Positions 48,417 through 58,419 of a DNA stretch of 64,000 nucleotides are shown here, piece after piece. Both the position numbers and the translations under genes were made by a program. The number at the start of each line of letters is the position of its first letter. Positions within the stretch are counted from its first letter, which is position 1. The notes beneath the pieces were generated by a model. The model had not been told where the DNA came from and made no database searches. It was given only the letters and a program-made list of their open reading frames with translations. Source of the stretch: a bacterium (lineage in GTDB: Bacteria; UBA8248); NCBI GenBank assembly GCA_965219955.1, contig OZ244799.1, forward strand, positions 3,008,001 through 3,072,000. Direction: 5' to 3'.

Positions 48417-49694
48417 ATGTACGACTACCGAATGACCGACGAACAAAAAGAGTATCAAAGGATCGCGCATGAATTCGCGCGGGACGAAATCCGGCCCATC
48501 AGCCTGGAACTGGATCACAAAGACGACCCGCTCGATTGCGCCTACATGCCCCATCTTCTCGAAAAACTCGACAAGACGGGCCTCCGAACGATGAGCATCC
48601 CCAAGGAATACGGCGGCGGCGGCGTGGACGACCTGCTCACGCACTGCATCGTGGGTGAAGAGATTTCCTGGGGCGACAGGGGCGCCACGGGGTTCATGCT
48701 CTCCTCCACGAAGATCGCCCACATCCTCGCGAGCGAGCTGCTGGGAGACCCGGAACTGGCGGACTACTGGATGCGCGAGTACGTGAGCGACCCCACGTTC
48801 CTCATCGGAACGGCGACGACAGAGCCACAATCGGGTTCGGAGAACCAGCTCCCCTACAACGGGGCGGACGGCGGGTACCAGACCACCGCCGTGCTCGACG
48901 GGGACAACTACATCGTGAACGGGAAGAAGCACTTCATCTCCAACGTGGGCTGGGCGCGCCTCATGTTCACGTTCGTGCGCACGAACGCAGACGTGGGCGT
49001 CGAGCAGGGGGCTTCCCTCCTCATGGTGCCCACGGACGCGCCCGGCGTGAAGATGGGCAAGGTGCACAACAAGATGGGCTACCGCCTGAACCAGAACGCG
49101 GAGATCATCTTCGAGGACGCGGTCGTCCCCGCCAAGTACCGCCTGGGACCAGAGAACTGCGGCGTCTCCTACATCCGGCGCCACCTGCGCGGCGACGCCC
49201 TCATCAACGCGGCGGGCCAGATCGGCGTGGCGCGCGCGGCGTATGAGAAATCGCTCGAATTCGCGCAAAACCGCAAACAGAGCGGACGACCCATCGCGCA
49301 CCACCAGTCGGTCGGCATCAAGCTCGTCGACATGTACACGAAAATCCAGGCGGCGCGCGCCTACGTGCACTACGCGGCATGGCGTCAGGACATGCGCCAC
49401 GAGATTCCCATCGACCCGCCCATGACGCTCACCGCCAGCGCCTTCGCGCACGAGATATCCTGTGACGTCACGAAGATGGCGATGGAGATTCACGCGGGCG
49501 TGGGCGTTCAGCGCGAGAATTTCCTGGAAAAATGGTTCCGCGACACGCACAACATGCTCTTTTCGAGCGACGGCGGGAACAACATGAAGAAGGTGCGCGC
49601 GATGTACGCCATCACAGGCGAGTGGGGCGCGCGGAGCGAGGAGGAAAACCCCGTACCGGGCGGCGCCTACGTCGCCGTAGGAGACGGTCTCTAG
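48417..49694 (+). CDS. Acyl-CoA dehydrogenase family protein
   Basis: IPKEYGGGG, TEPQSGS, NGKKHFISN, KMGYR, RKQSGRPI and EIHAGVG motifs. Confidence 0.88.
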   Translation: MYDYRMTDEQKEYQRIAHEFARDEIRPISLELDHKDDPLDCAYMPHLLEKLDKTGLRTMSIPKEYGGGGVDDLLTHCIVGEEISWGDRGATGFMLSSTKIAHILASELLGDPELADYWMREYVSDPTFLIGTATTEPQSGSENQLPYNGADGGYQTTAVLDGDNYIVNGKKHFISNVGWARLMFTFVRTNADVGVEQGASLLMVPTDAPGVKMGKVHNKMGYRLNQNAEIIFEDAVVPAKYRLGPENCGVSYIRRHLRGDALINAAGQIGVARAAYEKSLEFAQNRKQSGRPIAHHQSVGIKLVDMYTKIQAARAYVHYAAWRQDMRHEIPIDPPMTLTASAFAHEISCDVTKMAMEIHAGVGVQRENFLEKWFRDTHNMLFSSDGGNNMKKVRAMYAITGEWGARSEEENPVPGGAYVAVGDGL

Positions 49695-49722
49695 GACCAT
49701 CACGAACAAGGGAGGAAAAAGG

Positions 49723-50103
49723 GTGGCATCACGAACCCATCACGTGCACCACGTCGCCAAGGACCCGCAGGCGGCGGCGGATTTCTACATCAACCACTTC
49801 GGCGGCGAGTTGTTCACGCCGGAGATCGAATACCGCGGATCCCCCTACATCAGCGTCATGCTGGGCGAGGTGGAGATACGCATTCGCGGCTTGAGGTCCG
49901 ATGAGGACGATTCGATAGCGAAGGTGGGCCGCGGCCTCCACCATTTCGGAATCCAGGTGGAAGGCATCGACGAAGTGGCCGAACGCCTGGAGAAAGCCGG
50001 CGTCGTCTTCACGAAAAAACCGGGAGACGGCGTTCTGGGTTCGCGGACGGCCTTCATCATCGCGCCCGACAACGTCGTGATCGAACTGGTGGAAGAGCCT
50101 TAA
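49723..50103 (+). CDS. VOC/glyoxalase family protein
   Basis: HHVHH, GLHHFGIQV and APDNVVIELVE motifs. Confidence 0.85.
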   Translation: MASRTHHVHHVAKDPQAAADFYINHFGGELFTPEIEYRGSPYISVMLGEVEIRIRGLRSDEDDSIAKVGRGLHHFGIQVEGIDEVAERLEKAGVVFTKKPGDGVLGSRTAFIIAPDNVVIELVEEP

Positions 50104-50196
50104 GAACGATTCGTTACCTCACAAAAAACTTTCGGGTCGCTGAGCGCGGTGTGCCATTCTCGCCGCGCGGGCGTCCCGCCAGAGGAGAAGAAATAC

Positions 50197-51417
50197 ATGC
50201 CGGGATTCGCGCGGGGCCAATTCAACGTCGACTATGAGGAACGCGTCGACATGGGCGCACTCCGCCGAAAGCGCGTGGAGAAGGCCCAAAAGGCGATGGC
50301 CGAGCAGGATATCGACGCCCTTTTCCTCTGGAAGGTGGAGAACGTGCGCTACCTCACGAGCATGCGCTCTTCATTCCTGGCGCATCGGGAAGGTACGAGA
50401 AACGCCGTCATCCTCCCCCGGGAGGGAAGAGCGCACGTCATGACCAACGGCGGGGAGATTCCCCGCGTCTCGCGCGACATGCCCTGGATAGAGAAATTCC
50501 ATCACCTGGCGAAGATGGAGGAGCAGCCCCTCGTGGACAAGATGATCCGCGAGACGCTGCGCCCCCTCTTCGAGGAGATGGGCCTCATCGGCAAGCGGGT
50601 GGGCCTGGATCTGATGACGTTCATCCAGTTCAGCGCCTACCAGAAGCATCTGGGCGACGTGGAGTTCGTGAACGGCGATTCGTTCATGCACAAGGTTCGC
50701 CGGCACAAGATGCCCGAGGAGGTCTACATGATCCGCGAGGCCTGCGCGATCGCCGACGCCGTCAATGAGGAGGCCATGGACAGCGTGCGGGCGGGAAAGC
50801 GCGAGTGCGACGTGGCGGCGGACGCGATGAAGGTGCTTCACCACTACGGGGGCGAAATGGCGCATCTGGTCTCCCCTTTCGTCGCCTCGGGCGAACACAT
50901 GTCGCCGCCCTACCGCTTCGCGAGCGACAAGATCATCCGCAGCGGCGACCTGGTGTTCATCGACATCGGCGCGCAGTGGAACGGATATTTCGGCGACGTG
51001 GCCCGGACGATGATCTGCGGAAAGCCCTCGAAACGGCAAAAGGAAATCTACACGGCCGTGCATGAATCCCTGGAGTTGGGACTCGAGCGCACCCGCCCCG
51101 GATTCACGAACAAGCAGGTGGCCGAGCGCATCTGGGAGACGGGCGAGAAATACGGCTTGAGGAAGAACTGGTTCTCACTCAGCATCGGCCACGCGGTGGG
51201 CACATCTCCCAACGAACCTCCCTACATCGGCGAGCCCGACCCGGACTCGGAAGAAGTGGACCTCGAGCCGGGCATGGTGTTCGCCATCGAGCCGCTCATC
51301 TGGGTGCCCGACGTGCCCGGAGGCGGCGGCGTGCGCATCGAGGAGACGGTGCTCATCACCGAAGAGGGGCACGAGGTGCTTACGCGCTCGCGCATGGACG
51401 ACCGCCTGCTTCTTTGA
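50197..51417 (+). CDS. M24 Xaa-Pro peptidase family protein (canonical metal site)
   Basis: IDIG, GDVART, GHAVG, AIEP and RIEET motifs; GAGGAG RBS. Confidence 0.88.
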   Translation: MPGFARGQFNVDYEERVDMGALRRKRVEKAQKAMAEQDIDALFLWKVENVRYLTSMRSSFLAHREGTRNAVILPREGRAHVMTNGGEIPRVSRDMPWIEKFHHLAKMEEQPLVDKMIRETLRPLFEEMGLIGKRVGLDLMTFIQFSAYQKHLGDVEFVNGDSFMHKVRRHKMPEEVYMIREACAIADAVNEEAMDSVRAGKRECDVAADAMKVLHHYGGEMAHLVSPFVASGEHMSPPYRFASDKIIRSGDLVFIDIGAQWNGYFGDVARTMICGKPSKRQKEIYTAVHESLELGLERTRPGFTNKQVAERIWETGEKYGLRKNWFSLSIGHAVGTSPNEPPYIGEPDPDSEEVDLEPGMVFAIEPLIWVPDVPGGGGVRIEETVLITEEGHEVLTRSRMDDRLLL

Positions 51418-51572
51418 GGCGCGTCGCCTCGCCCGAACCAATCACCTAAAAACTCCCGAACATTCAAAGCGGCGACTTGCCTGCAGCGACTCGCGATCCC
51501 GATTGAAGGCGAGTCGCACGGGGCGTAGAATGCCGCGCGTTGTTCTTATCCAAGTCATCGAGGAGGCTCGCG

Positions 51573-52673
51573 TTGACGCTTTTCGACAGGAACGAACTCG
51601 GTGTCGCCGTCGTGGGCGCCGGGCGCATCGGAACACACCGCTCGCGCCTCGCGGCGCAGCACCCTGCCGTGCGCTTTCTGGCCATCTCGGACGCCGAGCC
51701 CGAACGCGCCAAAGCGCTCGGCGAACGCGTGGGCGCGCAGGTGGCGTCCGACAGCAACGAGGAGGTCATCTCTCATCCCGACGTCGGCGCCGTCATCGTC
51801 TCGACTTCCGAGTTCGCCCACGTGGAGCCGGTGCTCCAGGCCTTGGAGCTCGGCAAGCCCGTGCTGGTGGAAAAGCCCATCGCCATGACGCTCGAGGACG
51901 CCGACCGCCTGCTCACCACGGCGGAGAAATACGATACCGACCTCCGCGTGGGCTACATCATGCGCTACAAGCGGCGCTATTTCCTGGGGAAAGAACAAAT
52001 CAAGGAGGGCCGACTCGGGAGGCTCATCGGTGCTACGGGCCGCGTATTCAACACCAGGGCGCAGGCGTTCGAGATACTCAAGCGCTCGGCGGACGCCACG
52101 CCCGTACTCGACGTTCTCACCTACTGGGTCGACATGATGTGCTGGTTCATGGAGGGCAACCCGCCCGTCGAAGTGATCTGCCGGGGAGGCGGCTTCGTCT
52201 TCAAGGAGGCGGGCTACCCGAAGGTGGACGACGTGAGCTGGACGATCATGACCTTCGCCGACGGCGCGACCGTGAACCTGGGGATATGCTACGCCCTGCC
52301 CGCGAAGTACCCCACCGCCGGGCAGAGCATCCGTCTGGAAGTCATCGGCACGGACGGCGTGATGCTCTTCGACGAAGACCACAAGGAGAACATCCTCTAC
52401 ACCGAGAAGGGTTATCCGCACGCCTACGTTCCCGACCACAACCTGCCGATGGTCTTTCTCGGCAGCACGTCTTCGGGCGACTGGGCGCTCGATACCATGT
52501 ACGGCCCCATCGGCGATGAGACCAGAAGCTGGCTGGATCACCTCTCCACGGGGCGGCCCTGCCATCTCGCCACGGCGGAGGACGCGCGCCAGACCCTGGA
52601 AGTGACCATCGCCATGGAGGAATCGGCGCGCACCGGTGACGCCGTGAAGCTCCCCCTGGGTGAGGGACACTAG
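51573..52673 (+). CDS. Gfo/Idh/MocA-family oxidoreductase
   Basis: VGAGRIG, VLVEKP and VGYIMRY motifs; GAGGAGG RBS before TTG. Confidence 0.87.
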   Translation: MTLFDRNELGVAVVGAGRIGTHRSRLAAQHPAVRFLAISDAEPERAKALGERVGAQVASDSNEEVISHPDVGAVIVSTSEFAHVEPVLQALELGKPVLVEKPIAMTLEDADRLLTTAEKYDTDLRVGYIMRYKRRYFLGKEQIKEGRLGRLIGATGRVFNTRAQAFEILKRSADATPVLDVLTYWVDMMCWFMEGNPPVEVICRGGGFVFKEAGYPKVDDVSWTIMTFADGATVNLGICYALPAKYPTAGQSIRLEVIGTDGVMLFDEDHKENILYTEKGYPHAYVPDHNLPMVFLGSTSSGDWALDTMYGPIGDETRSWLDHLSTGRPCHLATAEDARQTLEVTIAMEESARTGDAVKLPLGEGH

Positions 52674-52802
52674 GGAATTATGCTTTTATTCTTGAATAAA
52701 CGGCGCGCGCCGTGTCATATCTGTATGCAGGCGGCGAGACCGGCGCCCCCTGGACGAGGTGAAGCGAAGGCGCAAAATTTTCTCCGGTGAACGGGCCTTG
52801 GA

Positions 52803-54329
52803 ATGAACCAGGAAAATCCTTTTCACGCAAGAACAAGCGGCGTCCTGCTGCACCCCACCTCGCTGCCGGGCGATGCCGCCTTCGGTGATCTGGGCGGCAA
52901 AGCGTTCGAGTTCGTCGATCAGCTCGCGTCCTCCGGCCAGAGCTGGTGGCAGATGCTGCCCGTATGCCCCACCGACGAGACGGGCTCCCCTTATGTCTCC
53001 TCATCCACGTTCGCGGGAAACCCCCTGCTGATATCGCTCGAAAGACTCGCCGGAGAAGGCCTCCTCTCTCCGGAAGATTTGGAGAACCATCGCCTGCCCG
53101 ACGATGGAGATATCGAGCCTGCCCAGGCGCTCGAAGTACACGAATCACTGCTCGCAAAAGCGTTCGAGACCTTCTCGAACGACGGCGGGGCGCGCGACGC
53201 GGCGTTTACGGCGTTTTGCGAGGCGCAAGCCGGCTGGCTGGCCGACTACGCGAGGTTCCGGGCGCTAAAACGCGCTTTCGGCGGTGCTCCCTGGTGGGAG
53301 TGGCCCGAGGATGCGAGGCATAAAAACCCCGATGACACCGACTTTGATAAAAACATACGCTATGCGCATTTCGAGCAATTCCTCTTCGACCGCCAGTGGC
53401 GCGCGCTCAAGGACTACGCCGCAGGCATTGGGGTCGGCTTCATCGGCGACGTCCCCATCTACGTCGCCCACGATTCGGCGGACGTATGGGCGAGGACGCA
53501 CCTGTTCGAACTCGACGAATCGCGCCGGCCGAGCGCCTATGCGGGCGCGCCGCCCGATTACTTCAACGAGGATGGCCAGCACTGGGGGAATCCCCTCTAC
53601 GACTGGGCCGCGCACTTTGATGAGAATTTCGCCTGGTGGAAGATGCGCATGGCCGTGAACGTCGCCCGCTTCGACGCCTTGCGCCTCGATCATTTCATCG
53701 GCTTCGCGCGCTTCTGGGCGATCCCGGCAGGTGCTGAATCTCCCAAAGACGGCGCCTGGCGCGAGGGGCCGGGAGAAGCCTTTTTCAGCGCCATGGAGGA
53801 GGAATTGGGCGCGCTGCCGCTCATCGCGGAGGACCTGGGTTCGGTGGGAGACGACGTCCACGCCCTGCGGGATCGCTTCGGCCTGCCCGGCATGCGCGTG
53901 TTGCAGTTCGCCTTCGACGGCAGCCCGGACAACCCCCATCTCCCCCACAACATTCCCGAGAACACGGTCGTTTACACCGGCACGCACGACAACGATACGG
54001 CTCTCGGCTGGTTCCACGGCGCGGACCCGATTCTCCGCAACGAAACGCCCGCCGGTTTCGCCATCTCGCGCGCCACGGCGCTCAGGACCTTCGGGGGAGA
54101 GCCCGAGGACATCAACTGGTCGATGATCCGCGCGGCGATGAAATCACGGGCCGCGCTCGCCGTCATCCCCGCCCAGGACGTGCTCGGTCTCGGCAACGAG
54201 GGCCGAATGAACCGCCCCGGCGTCCCGCAGGGCAACTGGGTCTGGCGGATGCAGGCGGGCGCATGGAACGGGGAAATCCAGGAAAGACTTCTGGGTCTCA
54301 CGCAGCGCAGCGGCCGGGCGCCGGAGTGA
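52803..54329 (+). CDS. malQ: 4-alpha-glucanotransferase (amylomaltase, GH77)
   Basis: GVLLHPTSLP, WQMLP, GDVPIYV, GQHWGNPLY, RLDHFIG, IAEDLG, YTGTHDNDT and RMNRPG motifs. Confidence 0.95.
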   Translation: MNQENPFHARTSGVLLHPTSLPGDAAFGDLGGKAFEFVDQLASSGQSWWQMLPVCPTDETGSPYVSSSTFAGNPLLISLERLAGEGLLSPEDLENHRLPDDGDIEPAQALEVHESLLAKAFETFSNDGGARDAAFTAFCEAQAGWLADYARFRALKRAFGGAPWWEWPEDARHKNPDDTDFDKNIRYAHFEQFLFDRQWRALKDYAAGIGVGFIGDVPIYVAHDSADVWARTHLFELDESRRPSAYAGAPPDYFNEDGQHWGNPLYDWAAHFDENFAWWKMRMAVNVARFDALRLDHFIGFARFWAIPAGAESPKDGAWREGPGEAFFSAMEEELGALPLIAEDLGSVGDDVHALRDRFGLPGMRVLQFAFDGSPDNPHLPHNIPENTVVYTGTHDNDTALGWFHGADPILRNETPAGFAISRATALRTFGGEPEDINWSMIRAAMKSRAALAVIPAQDVLGLGNEGRMNRPGVPQGNWVWRMQAGAWNGEIQERLLGLTQRSGRAPE

Positions 54330-54407
54330 GGACGATCCGGCGCGCTATTTGATTCGAATGGCTGAGAGAAGAAAGTTTTGCGTGGCGCAAAAACGAGCGC
54401 GCATCAT

Positions 54408-54947
54408 TCACGACTCCGACAATGCGCTTCTTAACCGAGCAACGAACGCAACGGCCTCCTGTGCCTCGTCAAAGCTGATATGCGGTTTTCGCTCGACGAT
54501 TTCAGCCGCCATCGCATTGGGGGTTATCTCCTTTTTCTCTTTCGAGACATAATACGCCGTGGCGTATCTCTCCAAGGCTGCTACGCCCATGTCAGCGAAT
54601 TTGTCCGCGCTCGCCTGCACTTCTTTTGCGTATTTTTGTATTGGTTCGGGATAGGCTTTTTTCAAGACTTCCGCGTTTTCGGCGGGCACCAGTTTCGGCC
54701 CATAGGGACGCCGTTGCGGCTGCAATTTGAGAACATCATTCGCCCGCATCCAGGATATCTCGTCGCTCAAATCAAAGGAAAAGGGTCCATGTTTGTAAAG
54801 AATAAAATCGAGATCCAGCGGGACGCCCCATAAATCCTGCAAGAAATAGGTGCTTTTTTGAACGTGCGTCTCCCCGCACCAACTGTGGCCGTCCCGTAGC
54901 TTCTCGATCAAGGACAACAAGACGGCGGCCCTCTCGAATCGCTCCAT
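54408..54947 (-). CDS. YwgA/SocA(Panacea)-like protein
   Basis: VQKSTYFLQ...FILYKHGPFSFDL pattern; 5 bp downstream of the HD gene. Confidence 0.6.
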   Translation of the reverse strand: MERFERAAVLLSLIEKLRDGHSWCGETHVQKSTYFLQDLWGVPLDLDFILYKHGPFSFDLSDEISWMRANDVLKLQPQRRPYGPKLVPAENAEVLKKAYPEPIQKYAKEVQASADKFADMGVAALERYATAYYVSKEKKEITPNAMAAEIVERKPHISFDEAQEAVAFVARLRSALSES

Positions 54948-54952
54948 GTCTC

Positions 54953-56278
54953 CTATCCCCCCTCGGCGGATGAAAGGATTTCCTCTCTATTTTTTCTGAG
55001 CCAGTCACTGGCTCGATTCCTAATTTCGGATGAAACGAAAACATGATCGCAAGAAGCCGGGGGAACCCTCGAAAACGTTTCTTTCTCGCTTGCTGCTTCC
55101 GCGATTCTCCTTCCCTGAACGAGAACCGGAAAATTATTCTCGTCATTCTCCTGATTTGCTTGAACATGCTTTACATGTTTCTCGCCAAATTCCCTAGATG
55201 CAGCTTCATATATTTTCCTGCCCGGTTTCAAGACCGAAAGTTTTCTGTCTTCGGCAGTCGGCCTATAGATACTTTTGAAATGCCGTCGATGAACTATGCG
55301 GTCAGCATGCAAATGGGCGGGATGCGACTCGTCTCCGGCGATAGATAACATGGCGGATATTACTTCATTGTCCGTATGTTTCAAATGCCCGGCGCAATCC
55401 GTTGGGAACATCCCCCCATCCAACCACGATTTCAAGAAATCCGACAAATGCTCATCATAAATGAGGCGTACTGGGTGAAAATATATTTGCGAGAACATGA
55501 AATATCGCGCAAGCAGCAATGCCTCGGCGGATTCCAGGCCGCCTTCTTCGACACCCAGAACCGGTTCCTGAGAACCACCCGTTTCTTGTTTCGGCAAAAT
55601 TCTCATTGTGTCAATCAGGCGGTAATGATCAAATTTCCCGTAAGCAACGCCCGCGTGATACGAATCACGCAGCAGATAATCCATCCTGTCGGCCCCGAAA
55701 ACATCCCCCGTGATAATTTCCGATAAAATGCTCTCCCATTCATCGAGATCAACATTCATATAATCTTTCGATTTTTGGGGTCCAATCGCTAATTTGGCGA
55801 CATTCTGCGGCTGCACATCTATTTCTTTCCAAACATTCTCCATCCCCTCGCTCAAAATCATTTCCATCGTTATGCGCTCATGATCCCAACCCTGCGGCAA
55901 CAATTCTTCCGACGCATGGGAAAACGGCAGATGGCCCAGGTCATGGCATAGCGCTGCGAGCCTCAATGTTCTTCGCCATTTCAGATGATCGAGGTCCCTA
56001 TACTTTGGAATAATATTTCTGACGGAAGCGGATTCCTGATAAACATTTTCCGGCTCCGTCACGACATCATATATTTTGCTCGCGAGTTCCATCACGCCGA
56101 GTGAATGCTCGAACCTCTTGTGAGTTGCGCCCGGGTAGACGAGATAGCTTAAAGCCAGTTGGTGGATATGGCGCAATCGCTGAAAGGGAGGAGAATCAAG
56201 AACTTTCCGCTCATCAGAATCCAGTCTGATAAATACATGGATGGGATCTCGTATTTCGTGTGTTCTTTTTCTCACCAT
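54953..56278 (-). CDS. HD-domain phosphohydrolase (SAMHD1/YwfO-like dNTP triphosphohydrolase family)
   Basis: IRDPIH, FQRLRHIHQL, HKRFEHSLGV, CHDLGHLPFSH, ADRMDYLLRDS and ARYFMFSQIYFH motifs. Confidence 0.9.
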   Translation of the reverse strand: MVRKRTHEIRDPIHVFIRLDSDERKVLDSPPFQRLRHIHQLALSYLVYPGATHKRFEHSLGVMELASKIYDVVTEPENVYQESASVRNIIPKYRDLDHLKWRRTLRLAALCHDLGHLPFSHASEELLPQGWDHERITMEMILSEGMENVWKEIDVQPQNVAKLAIGPQKSKDYMNVDLDEWESILSEIITGDVFGADRMDYLLRDSYHAGVAYGKFDHYRLIDTMRILPKQETGGSQEPVLGVEEGGLESAEALLLARYFMFSQIYFHPVRLIYDEHLSDFLKSWLDGGMFPTDCAGHLKHTDNEVISAMLSIAGDESHPAHLHADRIVHRRHFKSIYRPTAEDRKLSVLKPGRKIYEAASREFGEKHVKHVQANQENDENNFPVLVQGRRIAEAASEKETFSRVPPASCDHVFVSSEIRNRASDWLRKNREEILSSAEGG

Positions 56279-56424
56279 AGAAGAAGTATATCATATTTTC
56301 GTATAATTATCGCCATAAAAATTACGAATATTGAATTTGGTCAGTCGATAAAATGAATACACAAACGACATAGCGCGGGTAGAGCCAGCATAAAATATAT
56401 TCTTGACGGAAAATAAACTCCCCC

Positions 56425-56952
56425 TCACGTAACGGGCGGAATCTCGAAAGCGTTGAGCGTCAGGGAGATGGCCGAGTAAAAGCCCACGAGGGCGGTCAAG
56501 TCGACCACGCCCTTCTCGCCGAGCAGGGAAAACGCCTCCTGATAGGCGGCGTCCGACGCCTTTTTGGTTTCGAGCAATTCGGTGCAGTACCTGTGAACGC
56601 ATAGTTCGAGGTCTGTGCCTTCGGTAGGCGCCTCCCCCGCCATGACGGCGGCCACGAGGGCGGGCGTAAGACCGCTGTCCAGGGCCTGCGCCTCGTGCGC
56701 GGAATAGGCGTAGGTCGCCCCCCAGTGGCGCGTGGTGATGATGATGGCGAGCTCGCGGATGTCCTCGGTGATGACGCTTTCCTCGTAATAAAACTTCATG
56801 AGATTGCGCAGGGCGATGACGAGGCCGGGGCTGCGCACCCAGACGCCGAATGGCCCGCGCACGCCGCCGCGCTGGTTGGCGATGAGTTCCTCATAGGCAT
56901 CACGTTGACGGGGCGGCATGTTCTCGGGTTCAAGCGGTGCGAGTCGGCTCAT
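56425..56952 (-). CDS. Carboxymuconolactone decarboxylase/AhpD-fold protein
   Basis: RGPFGVWVRSP, RELAII, YAYSAH and VDLTALVGFY motifs. Confidence 0.8.
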   Translation of the reverse strand: MSRLAPLEPENMPPRQRDAYEELIANQRGGVRGPFGVWVRSPGLVIALRNLMKFYYEESVITEDIRELAIIITTRHWGATYAYSAHEAQALDSGLTPALVAAVMAGEAPTEGTDLELCVHRYCTELLETKKASDAAYQEAFSLLGEKGVVDLTALVGFYSAISLTLNAFEIPPVT

Positions 56953-57038
56953 CGGCGGTTCTCCTCTCGGGGTCGTTCATCCGGAAATTTGCTACAATGG
57001 CGAAAACATTCTCTTCTCTCATCCTAGCGAGGTATCGC

Positions 57039-57464
57039 ATGAACTTCGAAGATGCAAGGCCGTTTATGGAGAAAAACCACAAGGGGATGGTCACGAGCTT
57101 GAGGCCGGACGGCACGGCGCAATCGAGCATCATCGTCTGCGGGGCGTATGAGGATTGCGCCGCTTTCGTCATCGTGCGCGGCTGGTCGGTGAAACTCAGG
57201 AACCTGCGCAAGAACCCGCAGTGCACGGTGCTCTACGTCACCCCCGACTGGCGCACCTGGGTGAGCGTGGAGGGGGTGGCCAGGCTCTTCGACTACGAGA
57301 ACACCGAAAAAGAGGAAATGCGCGTGATGTTCCGCGAGGTGTTCCGCGCCTGCGGGGATTCGGACCACCCCGACTGGGAGGAATACGACCAGGCGATGGT
57401 GGACCAGGGCGCGGTCGCCGTGCTGGTTAAGCCCGAGCGCGTCTACGGCCGCCTGCCGGCTTAA
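57039..57464 (+). CDS. Pyridoxamine 5'-phosphate oxidase-like (PPOX class) protein
   Basis: SLRPDGTAQSS, KLRNLRKNP, WVSVEG and DHPDWEEYDQAM motifs. Confidence 0.82.
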   Translation: MNFEDARPFMEKNHKGMVTSLRPDGTAQSSIIVCGAYEDCAAFVIVRGWSVKLRNLRKNPQCTVLYVTPDWRTWVSVEGVARLFDYENTEKEEMRVMFREVFRACGDSDHPDWEEYDQAMVDQGAVAVLVKPERVYGRLPA

Positions 57465-57781
57465 GTTTCGAGCGATTCCACAAAGGCGGCGATTCCCTCC
57501 TCGAGCGCGAAGCTGTGCCGCCAGCCTGTTTCTCGCTTAAACGCTCTCGCGTCGAGTTCGGGTTCGGCCAGGCTGTACGTCACGATCGACTGGGCCGCCA
57601 GATGGTGGATGACGTCGGGGCGCGCCTCTTCCACCAGGCGGACTACCTCGAAGACACGGTGGCCTTCGAGGCCGCAGGCCCCATCCGCCTGGATAATTTC
57701 GCGGGCTACCTCCACGAGGATACGCATTTCATCGACCAGCGGTATCTGGCGGAGGACATGGAGCGAGAGCAGGCCGGGTAG
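57461..57781. pseudogene. Mosaic of gene fragments (deletion scar)
   Basis: Minus strand has epimerase-like pieces (EEARPDVIHHLAAQSIV; TGWRHSFALEEGI). Plus strand 57630-57781 reads like a startless C-terminus with normal codon bias. Confidence 0.5.
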
Positions 57782-57789
57782 GGGGTTCC

Positions 57790-58241
57790 GTAGGGAGAGG
57801 CCCCTGTGCCTGTCCGGGGTCGCGACCTGTCCCTACAGCTGAACCCCGGAATGACGATCAAACGTCGCACCCACCGTAGGGGCGGTTCGCGAACCGCCCT
57901 TGGTGGAGGAACGGGCGCTTCACGAAGCGCCCCTACACTCCCTTTGTCAAGGGAATACCCCCCCTACCCCCCTTTGTCAGGGGGGGTAAAAACCCTCGCT
58001 TCGCATGGGATTGACCTTCGCCTTTGTTCGCCATTCCGGCAATCAATGCCGACCGAGGAGGGAGGGATTGCCCGGAATCCAGGGGCTTTGTTTTTGAATT
58101 TGCCTTTTCGCTTTATCGTTTTTCTTGCTCTTCCTGCGATTCGGTATCCCTGTCTGCTCTGGATTCCGGCATGCGCCGGAATGACGGTAGACAATCTCGA
58201 TTGGGGTCAGGAGCCCCTTAGGGGACTTTTTCAACAACCCC
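57790..58241. repeat. REP-module cluster ending in an IS1182-type right end
   Basis: Several GTAG palindromes, CCCCCCTACCCCCCTTTGTCAGGGGGG, a CATTCCGG...CCGGAATGACG pair and ACTTTTTCAACAACCCC; no matching left end found. Confidence 0.78.
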
Positions 58242-58419
58242 CTGGGAGTGAATTTGACCAATCCTGCGAGAGAGGAATCATTTCAAGCGGAAGAATGCTC
58301 GACGGAATACGAGCGTGAAACTCCAAGTCGCCCCGCTCGTTTTGCCGGAACCGCCCGCTCCTGATAGCCTTGGGCGCAAGTTCCAGGGCAAACGAGTTCG
58401 TTGTAAGGAGAAATCCGGT

